Positions 27,798 through 43,293 of a stretch of 64,000 bases of DNA are shown here, piece by piece. Location of the stretch: the NCBI GenBank assembly GCA_964016885.1, contig OZ024741.1, positions 225,680,001 to 225,744,000 of the forward strand. Reading direction: 5' to 3'. The stretch is from Eledone cirrhosa (Eukaryota). Positions within the stretch are counted from its first letter, which is position 1, and each line of letters starts with the position of its first letter. The position numbers and the translations under genes are program-made. Under the pieces are notes generated by a model, which worked only from the letters and a program-made list of their open reading frames with translations, made no database searches and was not told where the DNA came from.

Positions 27798-28639
27798 ATT
27801 AAACTGTGTTGTTAATAGATAAATATAAGGTTGTACTTTTACCCTCCCATTTCCAATTCACCGAACGTTATCATGACTGTATGTGTGTGTTTGTGTAAAT
27901 ATATATGTGTGAATGTGTGTTTATGTGAAAGTATGTATGTGTTTGTGTGAAAGTATGTGTATTTGTGTGAATGGGACGTCACAGTTAGTGACTCTTTTGC
28001 TACCGTGTTCTTTTAACTAACTACATTATCATAATAGTTTACAACTTTGCCTATTAATCCGTATGGTGGGCAAATGGGGTCCCACGTGCTGGCCTCCCCA
28101 CAGCCCCGGCGGACAGGACGGAGAAGGCGTTTCCCCGGAGGATGGTAAGGGAGATGCGCTGGAAGAACCATTTTCCATTTCCTTTGTATATATTATATAT
28201 GGTTGTGTTTTCGTTCTGTAAGCATTATATTACATTTTTATACAAATGAGTTTTTAAAAAAAAAGAGTTAAACTGTGTTGTTAATAGATAAATAAAACGT
28301 TATACTTGTTTTACCCTCCCGTTTCCAATTCACCGAACGCTATCATGACTGTATGACTGTAAATGTATGTGTGAATGTGTGTTTGTGTGAAAGTATCTGT
28401 ATTTATCTGAATGTATGTCCGTGAGGGTGTATTTTTATAAGTTTGTGTTTGCGCGATTATAGTTATATACTCATACATATAGATGTATGTATGTGCACAA
28501 TCATACGTGTCAGCGTGTAGAAAGTCATAATCACTCTATTTCTCTCATCACAGACTCTCTCTTTCTATATATATGGTAGTTGAAGTGGTGGTGGTCGCGA
28601 CGATATACCGGAAGTGTAGAAATTTGTAAATTTGAAAAG

Positions 28640-28828
28640 AAGTCAATAATTGATTATGAATAATTTTGAACCTCCAAATTTGTGGAAGAGACACAGAGTC
28701 GTTCTCAGAATCCGCGCCGGGAGGGCAAATAAGGAAATTTCAGATTTTCTCAGCGTCAGCAGGAGAATTGTGGAAAGGGTCAGAAAGGAATTGGAAGATT
28801 CAGGATTCGACTACGAAGCAACATCCTG
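28640..28828 (+). mobile_element. Tc1/mariner-type transposase N-terminal HTH remnant
   Basis: [40 protein letters not shown]. Confidence 0.55.
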
Positions 28829-28840
28829 TATGTATGTATG

Positions 28841-28916
<76 letters not shown>

Positions 28917-29114
28917 CTCTAGTATTGAGTAGAGTTTTAATATTCATTCCTATTAAGGCTAAACAGTGAGTGTTGCTACTCTGCAGTTTCCACTGTTTAT
29001 CACGGTGATCCCTTGATATACAGGTCAAACTTCAGACTAACAAGACTCACCTTTTAGCCTTAATATAAATGAAGACACACACACACACACACACAGAAAC
29101 ACACAAGCACACAT

Positions 29115-29179
<65 letters not shown>

Positions 29180-29634
29180 CACACACATTGCCTGTACATT
29201 GTGTTCAGTTTTATTTCTAGTATGTTTATCTGTCGAGAGATCGAAGCCAAATTGTCTACATGCTAAGATTAAATGTTCCCATACTTGAGAGAACAAGTTC
29301 GATTATTACAATTTCTAAAGAAGTATTTCAATGTTCAGAGACAATTCCATGCAAACGGTGTATTGCTGACAGCTTCTGTTAATTGCGTTGATACGACGCT
29401 ATGATACAACATTATCAATAACAATTGTAGTAAAAACCTGGCAAGTAGGTAGGGCGCATGCGTTCTTATGTATATATGTATGTATATGTATGTAGGGAGA
29501 TGATGCGTATGTATGTGTGTAAGTAATTAGATGATATGTATGTATGTGTGCATGTATGCATGCATGAAATTTTATATGTATGCATATATGCATGTATGTA
29601 TGTGTATGCATGTGTATGTATGCATGTATGTATG

Positions 29635-29785
<151 letters not shown>

Positions 29786-30280
29786 GATTGTGCGTATACA
29801 CATATGTATGTGATTAAATGTATGAACATATGCATGTACGTATACACATGTATTCACAAATACACATACGTATGAACGTATGCCCTTGTATACACGTATG
29901 TATGTATGCATGTACGTATACACATGTATTCACAAATACACATACGTATGAACGTATGCCCTTGTATACACGTATGTATGTATGCATGTATGTATGTATT
30001 TGTATGAAGAGAGAAACTAATGTGAAAATTACCATTTACAGTGGAACCTATTTGTAAAGGAATGAATTTAATTACTTAAAGATTTAAAGTTTAGATTTCT
30101 TCACAGCTTCAGGCCATCTTAATCTTATGACTGATTTGTCTTTGTAATGCTGCTTTCTTTAGTTATACACCATCACATACACAGATCGAGAGAGAGAGAA
30201 ACTCTCACACATACACAGGTACACGCACCTGTGGAATATACTATACTATAATACACATACATACAAACATATATACATAC

Positions 30281-30350
<70 letters not shown>

Positions 30351-30417
30351 TTATTTATATATATATTATTTATATATATATTATTTATATATATATTTAT
30401 ATATATATTTATATATA

Positions 30418-30488
<71 letters not shown>

Positions 30489-30495
30489 TTATATA

Positions 30496-30547
<52 letters not shown>

Positions 30548-30578
30548 GCACACATATATATATAGGTTAAATAGTTTG

Positions 30579-30628
30579 TCTTGTTACTCTGGTGTTTCGC
30601 CTGCTTCTCACAGGGTCATCAGTCAAGA
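30579..30628 (-). ncRNA. Minimal hammerhead ribozyme between TA tracts
   Basis: ucuuga CUGAUGA c-ccug-ugagaag-cagg-c GAAA c-accaga-g UA| acaaga. Confidence 0.65.
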
Positions 30629-30671
30629 ACATACGGAGATATATGTATATATTTGTATATATATATATATA

Positions 30672-31268
<597 letters not shown>

Positions 31269-31269
<1 letters not shown>

Positions 31270-31878
31270 GGTGGCTGCCAACTCGTTTTCGAGTACGGCC
31301 ACTACTTTATATCCATGTAGGAGAACCCCTACCGATGCGCTGAACGAGTGTGACTTTTTAGTCCAGCCAGCGACTTGAAAACTCTGGTACAAACACTACA
31401 CTTGTGACAATTATTGACACATAGTGCTGGGCCCATGGTACCATGTGATGACAAGTGCAGAGAGATCTCCAGATATAAAGCAATGCCTGTGCCGTGAAGC
31501 TTTTATAGTGACCAAAGGCACTGCACAAAGCCAGTCCCACTCTCTTAACCAAGATGATATTTACCAAAAAGAAGAATAAGTCAACATCATTGGAAACCAT
31601 CAGGGTTGCAGGTGTTATATCAGAGTTTTCCTTCTCCTAGAATTCTGCCTTGACAAAGGCTAAGGGGTCATCTCTCCTGGTGATTTTGGATGGCCATTGA
31701 CTCTTAAGAGCTCCTTTGCCCTTTGACAAGTTTTGTTTTTAGTCCTGCAGGATGTCCAAAGTCACCCTCCTCACCAAGAAACCTTGGTGGGGTTGCCAGT
31801 TTAGTCGCCAACGACCCGACCATGAGACAGGTTGTACTGGGATACATGTTACCAGTAGCACCAACTGGTGACCTGACA
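31269..31878. mobile_element. Unclassified ~610-bp interspersed repeat, copy 2 (inverted relative to 6761-7373)
   Basis: Near-identical along its whole length; matching pseudo-ORFs in the ORF track. Confidence 0.85.
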
Positions 31879-31980
31879 TACATACATACATACATACATA
31901 CATACATACATACATACATACATACATACATACATACATACATACATACACATATATATTCATGTGAGAATGTAGACGCG

Positions 31981-32042
<62 letters not shown>

Positions 32043-32550
32043 AAGGCGATTATTCTGACAGAACGTTTTGCAGTGTTTCTTCTAGTCTTCTAATCCGAGA
32101 GAGGTCAACCTTCTGGGTCGATAAAATAAAATACGAAGTTAGAGTGTTAGATTTCCAGATTTCTAAGATGGTCGAATACCTGCAACAACGTTGATATCAT
32201 GCTATATCATCCATTCCATTTCATTTACATAACATATTCCTTATAATCTACTCGGAATTGAATTGGGAAAATAATTGAAATGGAATACACACGCACACTT
32301 ATTCACAAATCTATCTTTCTAGCTATATATGTATATAGATATGTACACACACACGCACATATATATTTACATTATATATATATGTATATAAACATATATA
32401 TACAAATATATATACATATATATATATATACAAATATTACAAATATATATACAAATATATATATACATATACATACAAATATATATATATATACACATAT
32501 ATATATATACACACATATATATATATATATATATACACACACGCACACAC

Positions 32551-32581
<31 letters not shown>

Positions 32582-33499
32582 GTTAGATAGATAGAGATTT
32601 AAGTAATAGCTGCATTTAGATTAGATTTCCCAAAATATGATATTAAAAAAATATATATTTACCACGACTACACAGGTTTAGGCTTGAACCAACGAGAAAA
32701 CCTTTATAAAATATGCATGATAAGACTACAAAACTGCCAGTAAAAATAATAAAAAGCTAGTAAAACAAACACGAACAAAAACAATTATTATCTTCCTTGA
32801 TAGAAGTCATGAAATACGGAAGAGGTCCCAAAATGCCAAATAGTTTTCAAGAAAAGTGAAGAACAAAAGCGGAATCTGTATAAGCTAAAGATAGGGTCTC
32901 AGATTGCCATGATACAGTGATGGCAAAAAATAATTGACTACAAAGCGAATGTACGAAAAAAGATGAGTAAATAGGAAATAGACAAAAAAAAAAAAAAATC
33001 ATAACACTCACTAAAAAGCGTAGTAATCGAAACTTCACCACCAGAAAAAATATAAAAAAAAAACATCCACTAATGAAGCAGAATATATCAAGTAACTGTA
33101 GAATATATGGAGATAGGAAAGAACCAATTAACCACATTGTCTGATTGTCTGATTGTCTTAGAAAGGCAAGTATACACCTACAGTTTTGGTATAGATAGAA
33201 TACAGTTTAGTCAGAAGTGATGTCAGCCTTATGAAGGATCAACAGTAAAGATGCGCTTCATGCATTCACCAGAAAAGGCTCCCCTCAGAGAATAAGGAAT
33301 CACTGGTGATGGTGGTTTCTGACAGGAACCACTGGAAGTACTTGGGGCCTGTGCCTCCACGACCCTCACAGGAATACGTGGGCAAAGAAGAAGAAATAAC
33401 TTGAAACAGAGATGACATTAATGTGGACACCATGAACAAAAACAATCCCTATAATTAGAGGTGATATAGAAATGATAAGTAATATTATGACAATCATTG

Positions 33500-33815
33500 T
33501 ACATAATCGACAGGATTTATAATTATGCGTAACATACAGAAAATAGTACTGTTAAGCACTGCGCATATGTTCCGCAGAGTACCTTCAGCACAACAGAAAC
33601 ACCAACGCTGCACACAGAGCTGCTCCCAGTAATGATATGAAAACACGCAATAAAAATAAGACTGTTGAATAATGATAATAATAACAATAATATTAATGAT
33701 AAAAGTATTAATAATAACACCAATAACGAAGAAGAAGAAGAAGAAGAAGAAGAAGAAGAAGAAGAAGAAGAAGAAGAAGAAGAAGAAGAAGAAGAAGAAG
33801 AAGAAGAAGAAGAAA
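33500..33815 (+). mobile_element. R4/Dong-like 3' remnant with (TAA)-rich tail followed by (GAA)n
   Basis: MRNIQKIVLLSTAHMFRRV resembles the C-terminal Q.K.VLLGTA.ILRRV motif of RLE-type elements. Confidence 0.5.
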
Positions 33816-34879
33816 CTCGGATACAGATACTGGTACAAGTAGCTCTACTTGGACCTCCCATGAAAATATAATTTAAGTGTATTATAGAGAAGAAACACTG
33901 ATTTTCTACTATAAAATATTGCCAGTTATATAACTATCGAAAAGTAGAAGCTTAACAAACAGTAGATTCTAAATGTTACACCCCCTAAAGGGAAAAAAAT
34001 GTAGCCAGTGAAAATCAATACATTCTAGATACATTCTAGATAAGCAAAATAACCAGCAAAACTCATCGCAAGAGCGATAATAAATACTGTTTCATACAAA
34101 AATATGAAGACATTTTTACACCATTAGCAATCGAATAATCTTTCCAGATACATAAAGCAACCACCCGGTCGATAAGTATTCTGGCTTACAGAAATGAAGA
34201 AATGTAAAAGAAGTATTCCCTTCCTAAAATAAATGTTTTCAAAAATGTTTATTTAAATGGTTACAGCCTTAAATTAATTCTTTAAATATCTGACGCAAAG
34301 ATTAACAAAAAACAAAACAAAACACACTACAATTCAAACTACTACTATAGTCTTACTCATAGTCTTACTACTATACTACTGTAGTCTTACTCATGAAAAT
34401 ATAAAGAATAGGCATGAATTATTTTTATTATCGAAAGTTTATATGCAGCACAGTCTAAATAGAATAGTTGACAAAGAGAATCCCACTTCTGGAAGCAAGT
34501 ACAGGAAATTAAGTATAACAGGATAAACATGGACACAAAGACGATAGTTATGAAGGGTCTCAACACAATCCTTTTTTTCTAATACAAAAGAATAACCATC
34601 TATAGGCATTGGAGAACTCCAACCCGAAACGTTGATCGCGAATGTTTGCGAATACTTAAGGAGATATAACTTTAAAAAATTCAACCCTAAGATGCAGAAC
34701 TACTTCCAATAACAAACACTCTAAAGCACGGTAAGTAAATATACTAATAACATAAAAACATCTATAAAAGCAAAGAAGCATATCAGAGAAGGTATATCTA
34801 TATATGTAGTACAAACAAAACTACACACGCACACGCGCACACACACACGCACACTCACACTCACACACACATATGTATG

Positions 34880-37800
34880 TATGTTTTTCTGGTTTTATAA
34901 TTTCACAAAGACACATAGACATTTAGGAATTTACACAACATCAACTAGGTAGATATGTCTGCATGTCTGCAGGCATGTGTAAATATGGATGTTATTGTAT
35001 GTGTGGATGTGGATGTTTTGAGTTGTATGTGTGCATGTGTATATGCTTTGCATCTGTACATGTGTACATGCAGTTATTAGATGCAAAATTTCTGGAATGT
35101 TTTACATATTTTTACTGTCCCATTAATGGATTGTACTTGGAATTTCCTAACTAGTTGTGTCCTTTCTGTTCCTGTGAAGCCTAGCTTCTCAAGATTTGTA
35201 TTGTGGCAGTTACTAACATATCCCAGTGCCCCAATAATCACAGGCATAAATCTTAAGGTGTAATAAGGGTGGAGTATCTGCAGATTTCTCATCAGTTCTG
35301 CATAAATATTCTCCTTTTCGCAAATCTTTGATATTATATTGGCATCTGCTGGGCAGCTAATTTCCACTACTGTGCATGCTTTCTTCTCCGTGTCCCATAT
35401 CATAATATCTGGTCTGTTATGCCTGCATTTTATTGGGCTTTTTACTGGAACATTCCACCAGTACTCTTTCATATTATGTACATGGATGTCTTCCACATTG
35501 CTGTAGCTTTTAATGTGTTTATTATCGGGGCTATCTTTTTTACGAATTGCATTGTACAGTGTTTTGGCCACTACATCATGTCCCATAGGTAGATAGTTCT
35601 GCGATGACATATTTGGACAGCTGCTGATGACATGGGTGATACCATCGATGTTAGTTCTGCAGAGTCTGCACTTGTTATCACATCTAGGTGTTTTGCCTGC
35701 ATCCCTATCTCTTTTGTGAATCAGGTATTTCGTGTTAATCTCCTGTTCTTGGATTGCAAAAGCGTATCCTTCAACGTGGGAGCCAATATAGCGGTTGTTG
35801 ATCCAAGATAGACTACTTTCCTTATCTATATTACTCTCACTCTGGAGCTTCCTGGCAACATAACCATGCATGATTTTTTGCTGATAAGCATGCAGATTTT
35901 CATCCATGGATTCACTGCGATACTGCTGAGCAACATCCCTGGGTGTGAGTTTTTGATTATCACACAGGGAATATCTCTCGAGGAGTTCCTTCCCAACTCT
36001 CATGATCTTATCTGTTTCATGCAGATAGACTTGCTCGAGAGACGGGCTCCTACGCTTCGAGCTCGTAGATGCTGTTGGAGTGATATGATGCGACATTCAA
36101 ATGCTGTCTGGACTGATGTTAGGCCTCTACCTCCCTGCTTACGTTTCAAGTAAAGACGGTCTATGTCAGTGTTGATGTGGAAGTTTCCGGTGTTGTTTAG
36201 TATTTTTCGAGTTCCAACATCAACTGCTCGGATTTCGTCTATCGTCCAAACGGGTATTCCAAACGTTGGTGTTAGGACAGGCACAGCAAACACATTGTGA
36301 GCCAGTGTTTTGTTTTGCACAGAGAGTTCCGATGACCAAATCTTTCTTGATCGGGTGTAGTATTCCCTGGTTACGCATTCTTTATTACAGATACCATTAT
36401 TGGATATGATCTCATCTATCCCCAGGTATCCGTAGCAGTCCTCATCAGATATCGGTGAAACAGTTAGGCCATTGATGACAATGTTGCTAGATTGGGTTGT
36501 TGTTTTTCCCCGCTTTACAGTCATATGAACATTTATCTTGGCCAAACTCCATTCCTATATCCTTCGAGAACGTTGTAACCAGGTCAAGATTTTTCTTCAT
36601 CCCATCCATGTTCTTGGCATAGAGTTTCAGATCGTCCACAAAGAAATTATGGGTTAGGTTCGTATTTCTGTCCTCATGTGAGCCAATGATGCATCCCTCA
36701 CATTTCTTGAGCAGAAAGGACAAGGGGTTTAATGACAAGATGAATAATATCACAGAGAGACTGTGCCCCTGAAATATACCCCTGCAATATTTTATTTTAT
36801 CAGAGTCCTCCCTCTCTGTCCTCCCTACTATCTTAGGATAGTAGCCCAAGAAGAAGACAGCCTCTCTATGGCTCTGACAATAATGACAGAATCGAAAGCT
36901 TTCCTGTAGTACAGCCAGACTGTAGTCATATTCCTCCTAAGTTGTCGCACCTCCGACATCGCAGTTTTGTTGATTAGGAGTTGTTCAGCACATCCCCAAA
37001 CCCTTTTCTTTCCAGCTGCTTGTTCATCTGTGATGATGTTATTATTTTCACAGTGATCTTGGAGGAATAGGTTCAGGCAGGCTGTATACATCTTATACAT
37101 CAGGTTCTGGCATGCAATGGGTCGGTACTTTTTTGCCAAGTGGGTGTCTTTGATCTTGGGGACCAGTAACGTTTGTGCTAATATCAACCATTCTGGTATA
37201 AGTGTATCTCCCTTAAGAACTTGTTGGTAGGGGTCAGTAAGATACCTCCGATAGAATATCAGATTTTTGTACCAGTAGCCGACAATCATGTCTCTTCCTG
37301 GTGTTTTCTTATCTTGGAGATTTCCTATCACAGTCTCAAGAGTACCCTCACTTATTTCGTATGTTTTTGTTGTAGTGTAGGAGCAATAGTTCTTTCGGAT
37401 TTCTCTTAGCCACACTGCATCTCGGTTGAAATTCTTCTTTTCACCCCATATTTTTCTCCAAAAGTAATCTATGTCTTTCTGGGATGGGGCCTCTCTATAG
37501 ACTGATGTTTGGTTTCGTCTGAATCTTTTATTAAGAACTTTTCTCTCATCTACCTTCTTCAGGTATCGGCGTTTTTCGCTAACAACTCTCAATTCTTGTT
37601 TGAGGGTGATGAGCTTATATTTGAGAGTTCTGGTTCTACTGTTACCAAACATCGTCTCTATTTTATTTTTCATTCTTTGTTGATGAGGAGTGAGGTTTTT
37701 TTGTGTTTGTTTGCATGTAAGGAGCATCGTCACATATCCTATGTTTTTTCGTAAGTCATCAATCTTTTTTTCTATTTTAGTTATATATGATGGTAATTAT

Positions 37801-37982
37801 GGTGGTGTTCTGTTCTTGTTAATATCTCTGCTATCACCAAGATAATGCTTCACTGTCGTTGTTAAGGCATATAAACAGGCGTTGATTTGCCAAAATGTTG
37901 GGGTTTTTATCCGTCGTAAATATTCATCCCCTATTTCGTCAAAAACACGTAATATTTCATTATTTGGTTTTTTATTAAACAC
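34880..37982 (-). mobile_element. R4/Dong-clade non-LTR retrotransposon (RT, CCHC finger, restriction-like endonuclease), frameshifted and 5'-truncated
   Basis: YRPIACQNLMYK, GCAEQLLI, YRKAFDSV, GIFQGHSLS..LNPLS, FVDDLKLYA, DIGMEFGQDKC, RLYLKRKQGGRGL, CRLC..H..C, NRPD..VVEISCP spread over ORFs 35077-37733. Confidence 0.92.
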
Positions 37983-38002
37983 TGTATGTATGTATGTATG
38001 TA

Positions 38003-38350
38003 TGTTCTTCTGGTTTTATAATTTTAAAAAGTTTTACCAATAGAGAGAGAGTCGGTTTCTAACATAGATCAAGACTCTCTCATTGGAATTTACACAACAT
38101 CAACTATGTAGATATGTATGTATGCATGTGTAGATATGGATGTTATTGTATGTATGTTTTGAGCTGTATGTGTGCATGTGTATATGCTTTGCATCTGTAC
38201 ATGTCTATATGCAGTTATTAGATGCAAAATGTTTGGAATGTTTTACATATTTTTACTGTTCCATTAATGGATTGTACTTGTAGTTTCCTAACTAGTTGTG
38301 TTCTTTCTGTTCCTGTGAAGCCTAGCTTCTCAAGATTTGTATTGAGGCAG
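38003..38350 (-). mobile_element. Second, 3'-end-only copy of the same R4-like element
   Basis: [37 protein letters not shown] plus 3' UTR matching 34880-35205. Confidence 0.9.
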
Positions 38351-38363
38351 TATGTACGTATGT

Positions 38364-38496
<133 letters not shown>

Positions 38497-38513
38497 AATA
38501 TATATATAAATAT

Positions 38514-38546
<33 letters not shown>

Positions 38547-38549
38547 AAT

Positions 38550-38582
<33 letters not shown>

Positions 38583-38585
38583 AAT

Positions 38586-38618
<33 letters not shown>

Positions 38619-38643
38619 AATATATATATATATAACTATATAT

Positions 38644-39037
<394 letters not shown>

Positions 39038-39299
39038 TCATTATAAGAACAGATTAAAGTATAAGCAAAAAATCGCTGCTTTCACCATTAGCGGGATCTT
39101 CTGAAACTGTTATTATTATTGTTCTTTGAGTCTCAGTCATTGATGTTAGTTAACTGGAAAATTTGTTGAAATGAATATCAAGCCACTACCTGCAGTTATA
39201 TTATTATTATTATTATTATAAACGTTATATATATATATATATATATACTATCTGGCCCAACAATATATCAGTGCATCCCCCCAACCTATAATTTACAAA

Positions 39300-40670
39300 A
39301 TAGTTCATAATCCAAACGAATTATTTGAACCACTGAATTTAACTGCAGAGATACGCATAGAAATTAACGATATGGAAGATAATATTCTTGTAGCTGTTAA
39401 TGACCTTGATTCACAGCGCCAGGACCAGATGATCTCCCAGCCATACTCTTAAAAAGGTGTAAATGCTATTCCAAAAGTCAATAGAAACCGGCATATTCCC
39501 AAAACTACTGAAAGAAACAGCAGTTATACCTATACACAAAAAATGAGACAGGGCTGAAGCTAAAAATTGCAGACATGTTTCTCTCACACCTGAATCGTTT
39601 AAAATTGTAGAGCGTATTGTCCGATTAAGAGTAATTAACTAACTTGAGGAAAACAACCAGTTAGATGATACATAACATGGTTTTCGGACTGTTAGAAGTT
39701 GCCTGAGACAATTAGTACAGAACCGTAACAGTATCCTAAATAAGCTATTGAGAGGAATGGACGCTGAATGTATATACTCTGATTTTGCTGAAGCATTTGA
39801 CAAAATTACTCGAAAATGGCTCTTTGTCTTCCTACAAGGAAAGAAACAATCTGTAGCTGCAAACGGCTTTCTCACTGCCAAGTCACCTGTAAGAAGTGGT
39901 ATACCTTAGGGAACGGGTCTAAAACCGTTTTCATTTATCATCATACTATCAGTTATAAGCTCACAGGTGCACTCGACCAACCTAATAGGTTATGCCGATG
40001 GCACAAACATATCGATGAATATCCTAACTTCAGAAGATGGTGCCACACTTCAAAATAAGCTAAACCTCCTTTATCGGAGGCCAGATGAAAATATTGCATT
40101 AAAACTTCAGGTTATTTATTACGGAGGATATATACACAATACATATTATTCAACCCAGATACCATAACGATACAGAGCGTTAATGGCGTACGGGATTAGA
40201 AATAATCATTTCAAATGAGGCATCTGTTAACAGACAAATCACCAAACCGACATTTAAATACAGACAGCTCATAAAATCGATCTATCGAAGCTTTGTAACA
40301 AGAAAACCAATAATTATGCTTAGACTATGGAAAAACCTTAATTTTGAGCAGATTAGACTACTTCTCTCAATGTTGGTCTCCAAACACACAGGGTCACACA
40401 AGAAATTGAGGGGTTGCATAGAACGTTCACTAGTAAAGTAACCTGGGTCAAATGCCTTAATCACTGGCAACGTCTGAACACTCTCTGTCTCAACTCTCGT
40501 GAACGACGAAAAGAGATATATATTGTTTTATATGTATATAAGGTCTTAGCGGGTCATGTTCCAGATTTTGGCATTAAAGATAATTTTAATGCACGAACTG
40601 ATAGGTATTGCCAGCTACCAAATCTTCGTGATCGCGAACAGAGGCACTCAATTTTCCAGTTTGATATTTA
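39300..40670 (+). mobile_element. Decayed CR1-group LINE RT
   Basis: APGPDD, IETGIFP..KETAVIPIHKK, HGFRTVRSCL, IYSDFAEAFDK, YADG remnants with many disablements. Confidence 0.75.
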
Positions 40671-40689
40671 GGGGCCTTATCAGCGCGGA

Positions 40690-41027
40690 GGATTGTGTTT
40701 AGATGGAGAAGAGCTGTTTACGTAAATATTAGTCTGAGAGTAAGGAGCAAATGCTTAAGGCTGTATTGAAGAAGAAGATAATAGACTGGAGGATGTCCAA
40801 GAAACAAGTAACAATAATGAGGAAGAATAACCTGAATGAAAAATCCCTTCATAGCTTCTTGAAGAAAACAGAATTCAGAGATCCGCAGACATACGACTGG
40901 TTAAAGAAAGGGGAATGCTACAAGCTGCATAGAAGCCGCCTCTTAGAACGATTTGGATAAAATATCATATTGAGAAGGAGGACGCTAGCCCGCTCGTAGG
41001 ATCTGTGGAGTGAGAGAAAGAGAGAGC

Positions 41028-41112
<85 letters not shown>

Positions 41113-41732
41113 TGTAGCTCCCAACGTATCCAAGTATAAATACCTAGCCTAGGCTCATTTTAAAGGATGGGGGCATGATATCATAGGAAAAGTGAACCAC
41201 TGGCATTTATGCAAACTGTTTAATTTACCTTACTCTGAGAAGTTGTATGAGCTTAGGCCAGTGTCTTTGAAGGAAAACGATCGGGTGAAGGTGTTATGGG
41301 ATTTCAGGTTACAAACAGATACAGAATTATAAAATAATCGTTTTGACTTGGTGGCTTTTGACGAGGAAAAAGGTTTTGCTTGATTATAGATATAGCTTGC
41401 CCTTTGACATAAGAGTTGCAAAAAAGGAGAAGGAGAAAATTAACCGACACCAGGGTCTAAAGTGGGAAGTGAAAAGGATGTGGGACTCTCATGAGATCAA
41501 GGACGACCCCATCGTCATAGGAGCACAAGGTACTGTCTCGAAGAGTTTCCAAGGCTGGCTATAAAACATTAGCCCAGTCCTAGTTTTGGAAAACTTCAAA
41601 TGCATGCCTAATAGGAACAGCAGGGACCCTCAGATACGTCCTAAACATCAGGTAGCGGTATGATGTTCATATGGGAAAATTTCCGGTTAAATAACACCAA
41701 TGACTGAGATATCAAATTCATGATAATAATAA
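40690..41732 (+). mobile_element. Decayed R4/Dong-like RLE 3' fragment with (TAA)n tail, interrupted by (GA)n
   Basis: HDIIGK..HWHLC..VKVLWDFRLQTD..PFDIRVAKKEKEKINRHQGLKWEVKRMW..PIVIGAQGTV; ends tgataataataa. Confidence 0.75.
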
Positions 41733-41991
41733 GGAGCAGGTGACACATTAATATAACCGGATTATGCTTATTCACAGGTGACACAAGTTACTGATATTGT
41801 TGCCAGCATTTCCGGTTCTTTAACCGTCGTCAGAGACGCTTATTTCTTTGGTTGTTCAGATGAAAGAAACTGAAGGCTTATAGTTTTAATGCTTATAAAC
41901 AACAACTGATGAAGTTTAGTTTCATAGAGAGCAAACGCTCGCTGACTTGAATTAATAAACTGATAAACAGAAGTATTGCTCTAGTATAGTG

Positions 41992-42046
<55 letters not shown>

Positions 42047-42054
<8 letters not shown>

Positions 42055-42490
42055 TAAGAGGAATTCCAACTTTGTCTGATTTACTCGTTTTATTTACAAT
42101 CCTTTAAAATATATATAATGGTATTATAATGAAATAGTATGATAGAATAATAAATTCTAAGTGTTAATTGAACAAGTACTTTCATGCTTTCGCAATCTTC
42201 AGGTTCATGATATGTGGTGACAGTCGAGTTTGCAATTTTCAACTGCCACAGTTGAAAATTGCAAACTCGACTGTCACCACATATCATGAACCTGAAGATT
42301 GCGAAAGCATGAAAGTACTTGTTCAATTAACACTTAGAATTTATTATTCTATCATACTATTTCATTATAATACCATTATATATATTTTAAAGGATTGTAA
42401 ATAAAACGAGTAAATCAGACAAAGTTGGAATTCCTCTTATTAATATAATCTTCTATACACAATCATACACACCCGTGTATATTTACCTAT
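42047..42490. mobile_element. Perfect HHR palindrome, 195-bp arms, 3-nt loop at 42246-42248, short right tail
   Basis: 42051-42245 is the reverse complement of 42249-42443; HHR 42287-42325 plus: ugaac CUGAAGA u-ugc-gaaa-gca-u GAAA guac UU| guuca. Confidence 0.92.
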
Positions 42491-42520
42491 CTATATCTAT
42501 ATATATATATATATACATTA

Positions 42521-43235
42521 TGAATTGGTCTGTCCCAGTCATTCATTGAGCAACATCGGTGAAGTTGGCACCCTTAACTCACAGTTGGGTGCGGATGCAT
42601 TCATGTATATATGTGTGTGTCCGCATGTATCTGTGTGTTTCTAAATATATTAATAACTCCCTCTGGTCGAGCAATCTTTGAAGTGTGGGGACAACTGGAA
42701 AGCTTCCATTACTCATACTTCTCGCCTTCTTCACTACCTCTTCTACGGCCTCGATATGAATACCCCCTCCGCCTCCGTGGTATTTTCTTCGTGGTTATAA
42801 GAGGCTTAGCTCTGTTTCTCGACCGTTATATCGCGTGACTATCTCCCCCTCCGCCTTTTGGGATTCTTTCTCACGTCGTGTAGACGCGTTCTTGAGACTA
42901 GTAAAATGAGGTATCCTCTTGATAAGTTGGCAGACCTCGCAAGGACTCTATATCTTTGATATATTGTTTTTGTTTATGCCACGAAACTACGTAGTCGAGG
43001 AATTTAGGAGCAGTTTAGGTATGATACATTTTATTACTAATTATATCTAAATGTTTCTTCTCTCTTCATAATGTATTTTTAACTCTGATACTGGTTCAGT
43101 CTGGTTCAAACTGAATTGGTCTGTCCCAGTCATTCATTGAGCAACATCGGTGAAGTTGGCACCCTTAACTCACAGTTGGGTGCGGATGCATTCATGTATA
43201 TATGTGTGTGTCCGCATGTATCTGTGTGTTTCTAA

Positions 43236-43243
<8 letters not shown>
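42521..43243 (+). mobile_element. 591-nt HHR-bearing monomer with ~130-nt terminal direct repeat
   Basis: 42521-42652 repeats at 43112-43243; HHR 42914-43001: uccuc UUGAUAA gu-uggca...ugcca-c GAAA cuacguag UC| gagga. Confidence 0.85.

Positions 43244-43293
<50 letters not shown>

Noticed and set aside
29831-29990. 76-bp tandem duplication
   Set aside because: Slippage within degenerate purine-pyrimidine repeat; nothing further to explain.
41795-41838. Minus-strand HHR-like motif CUGACGA cgguu-aaag-aaccg GAAA ugc-ug-gca AC
   Set aside because: Lacks U16.1 and a convincing stem I; probably a decayed copy, not counted.
42090-42404. Two near-identical 78-aa ORFs on opposite strands
   Set aside because: A consequence of the perfect palindrome; no protein motif.
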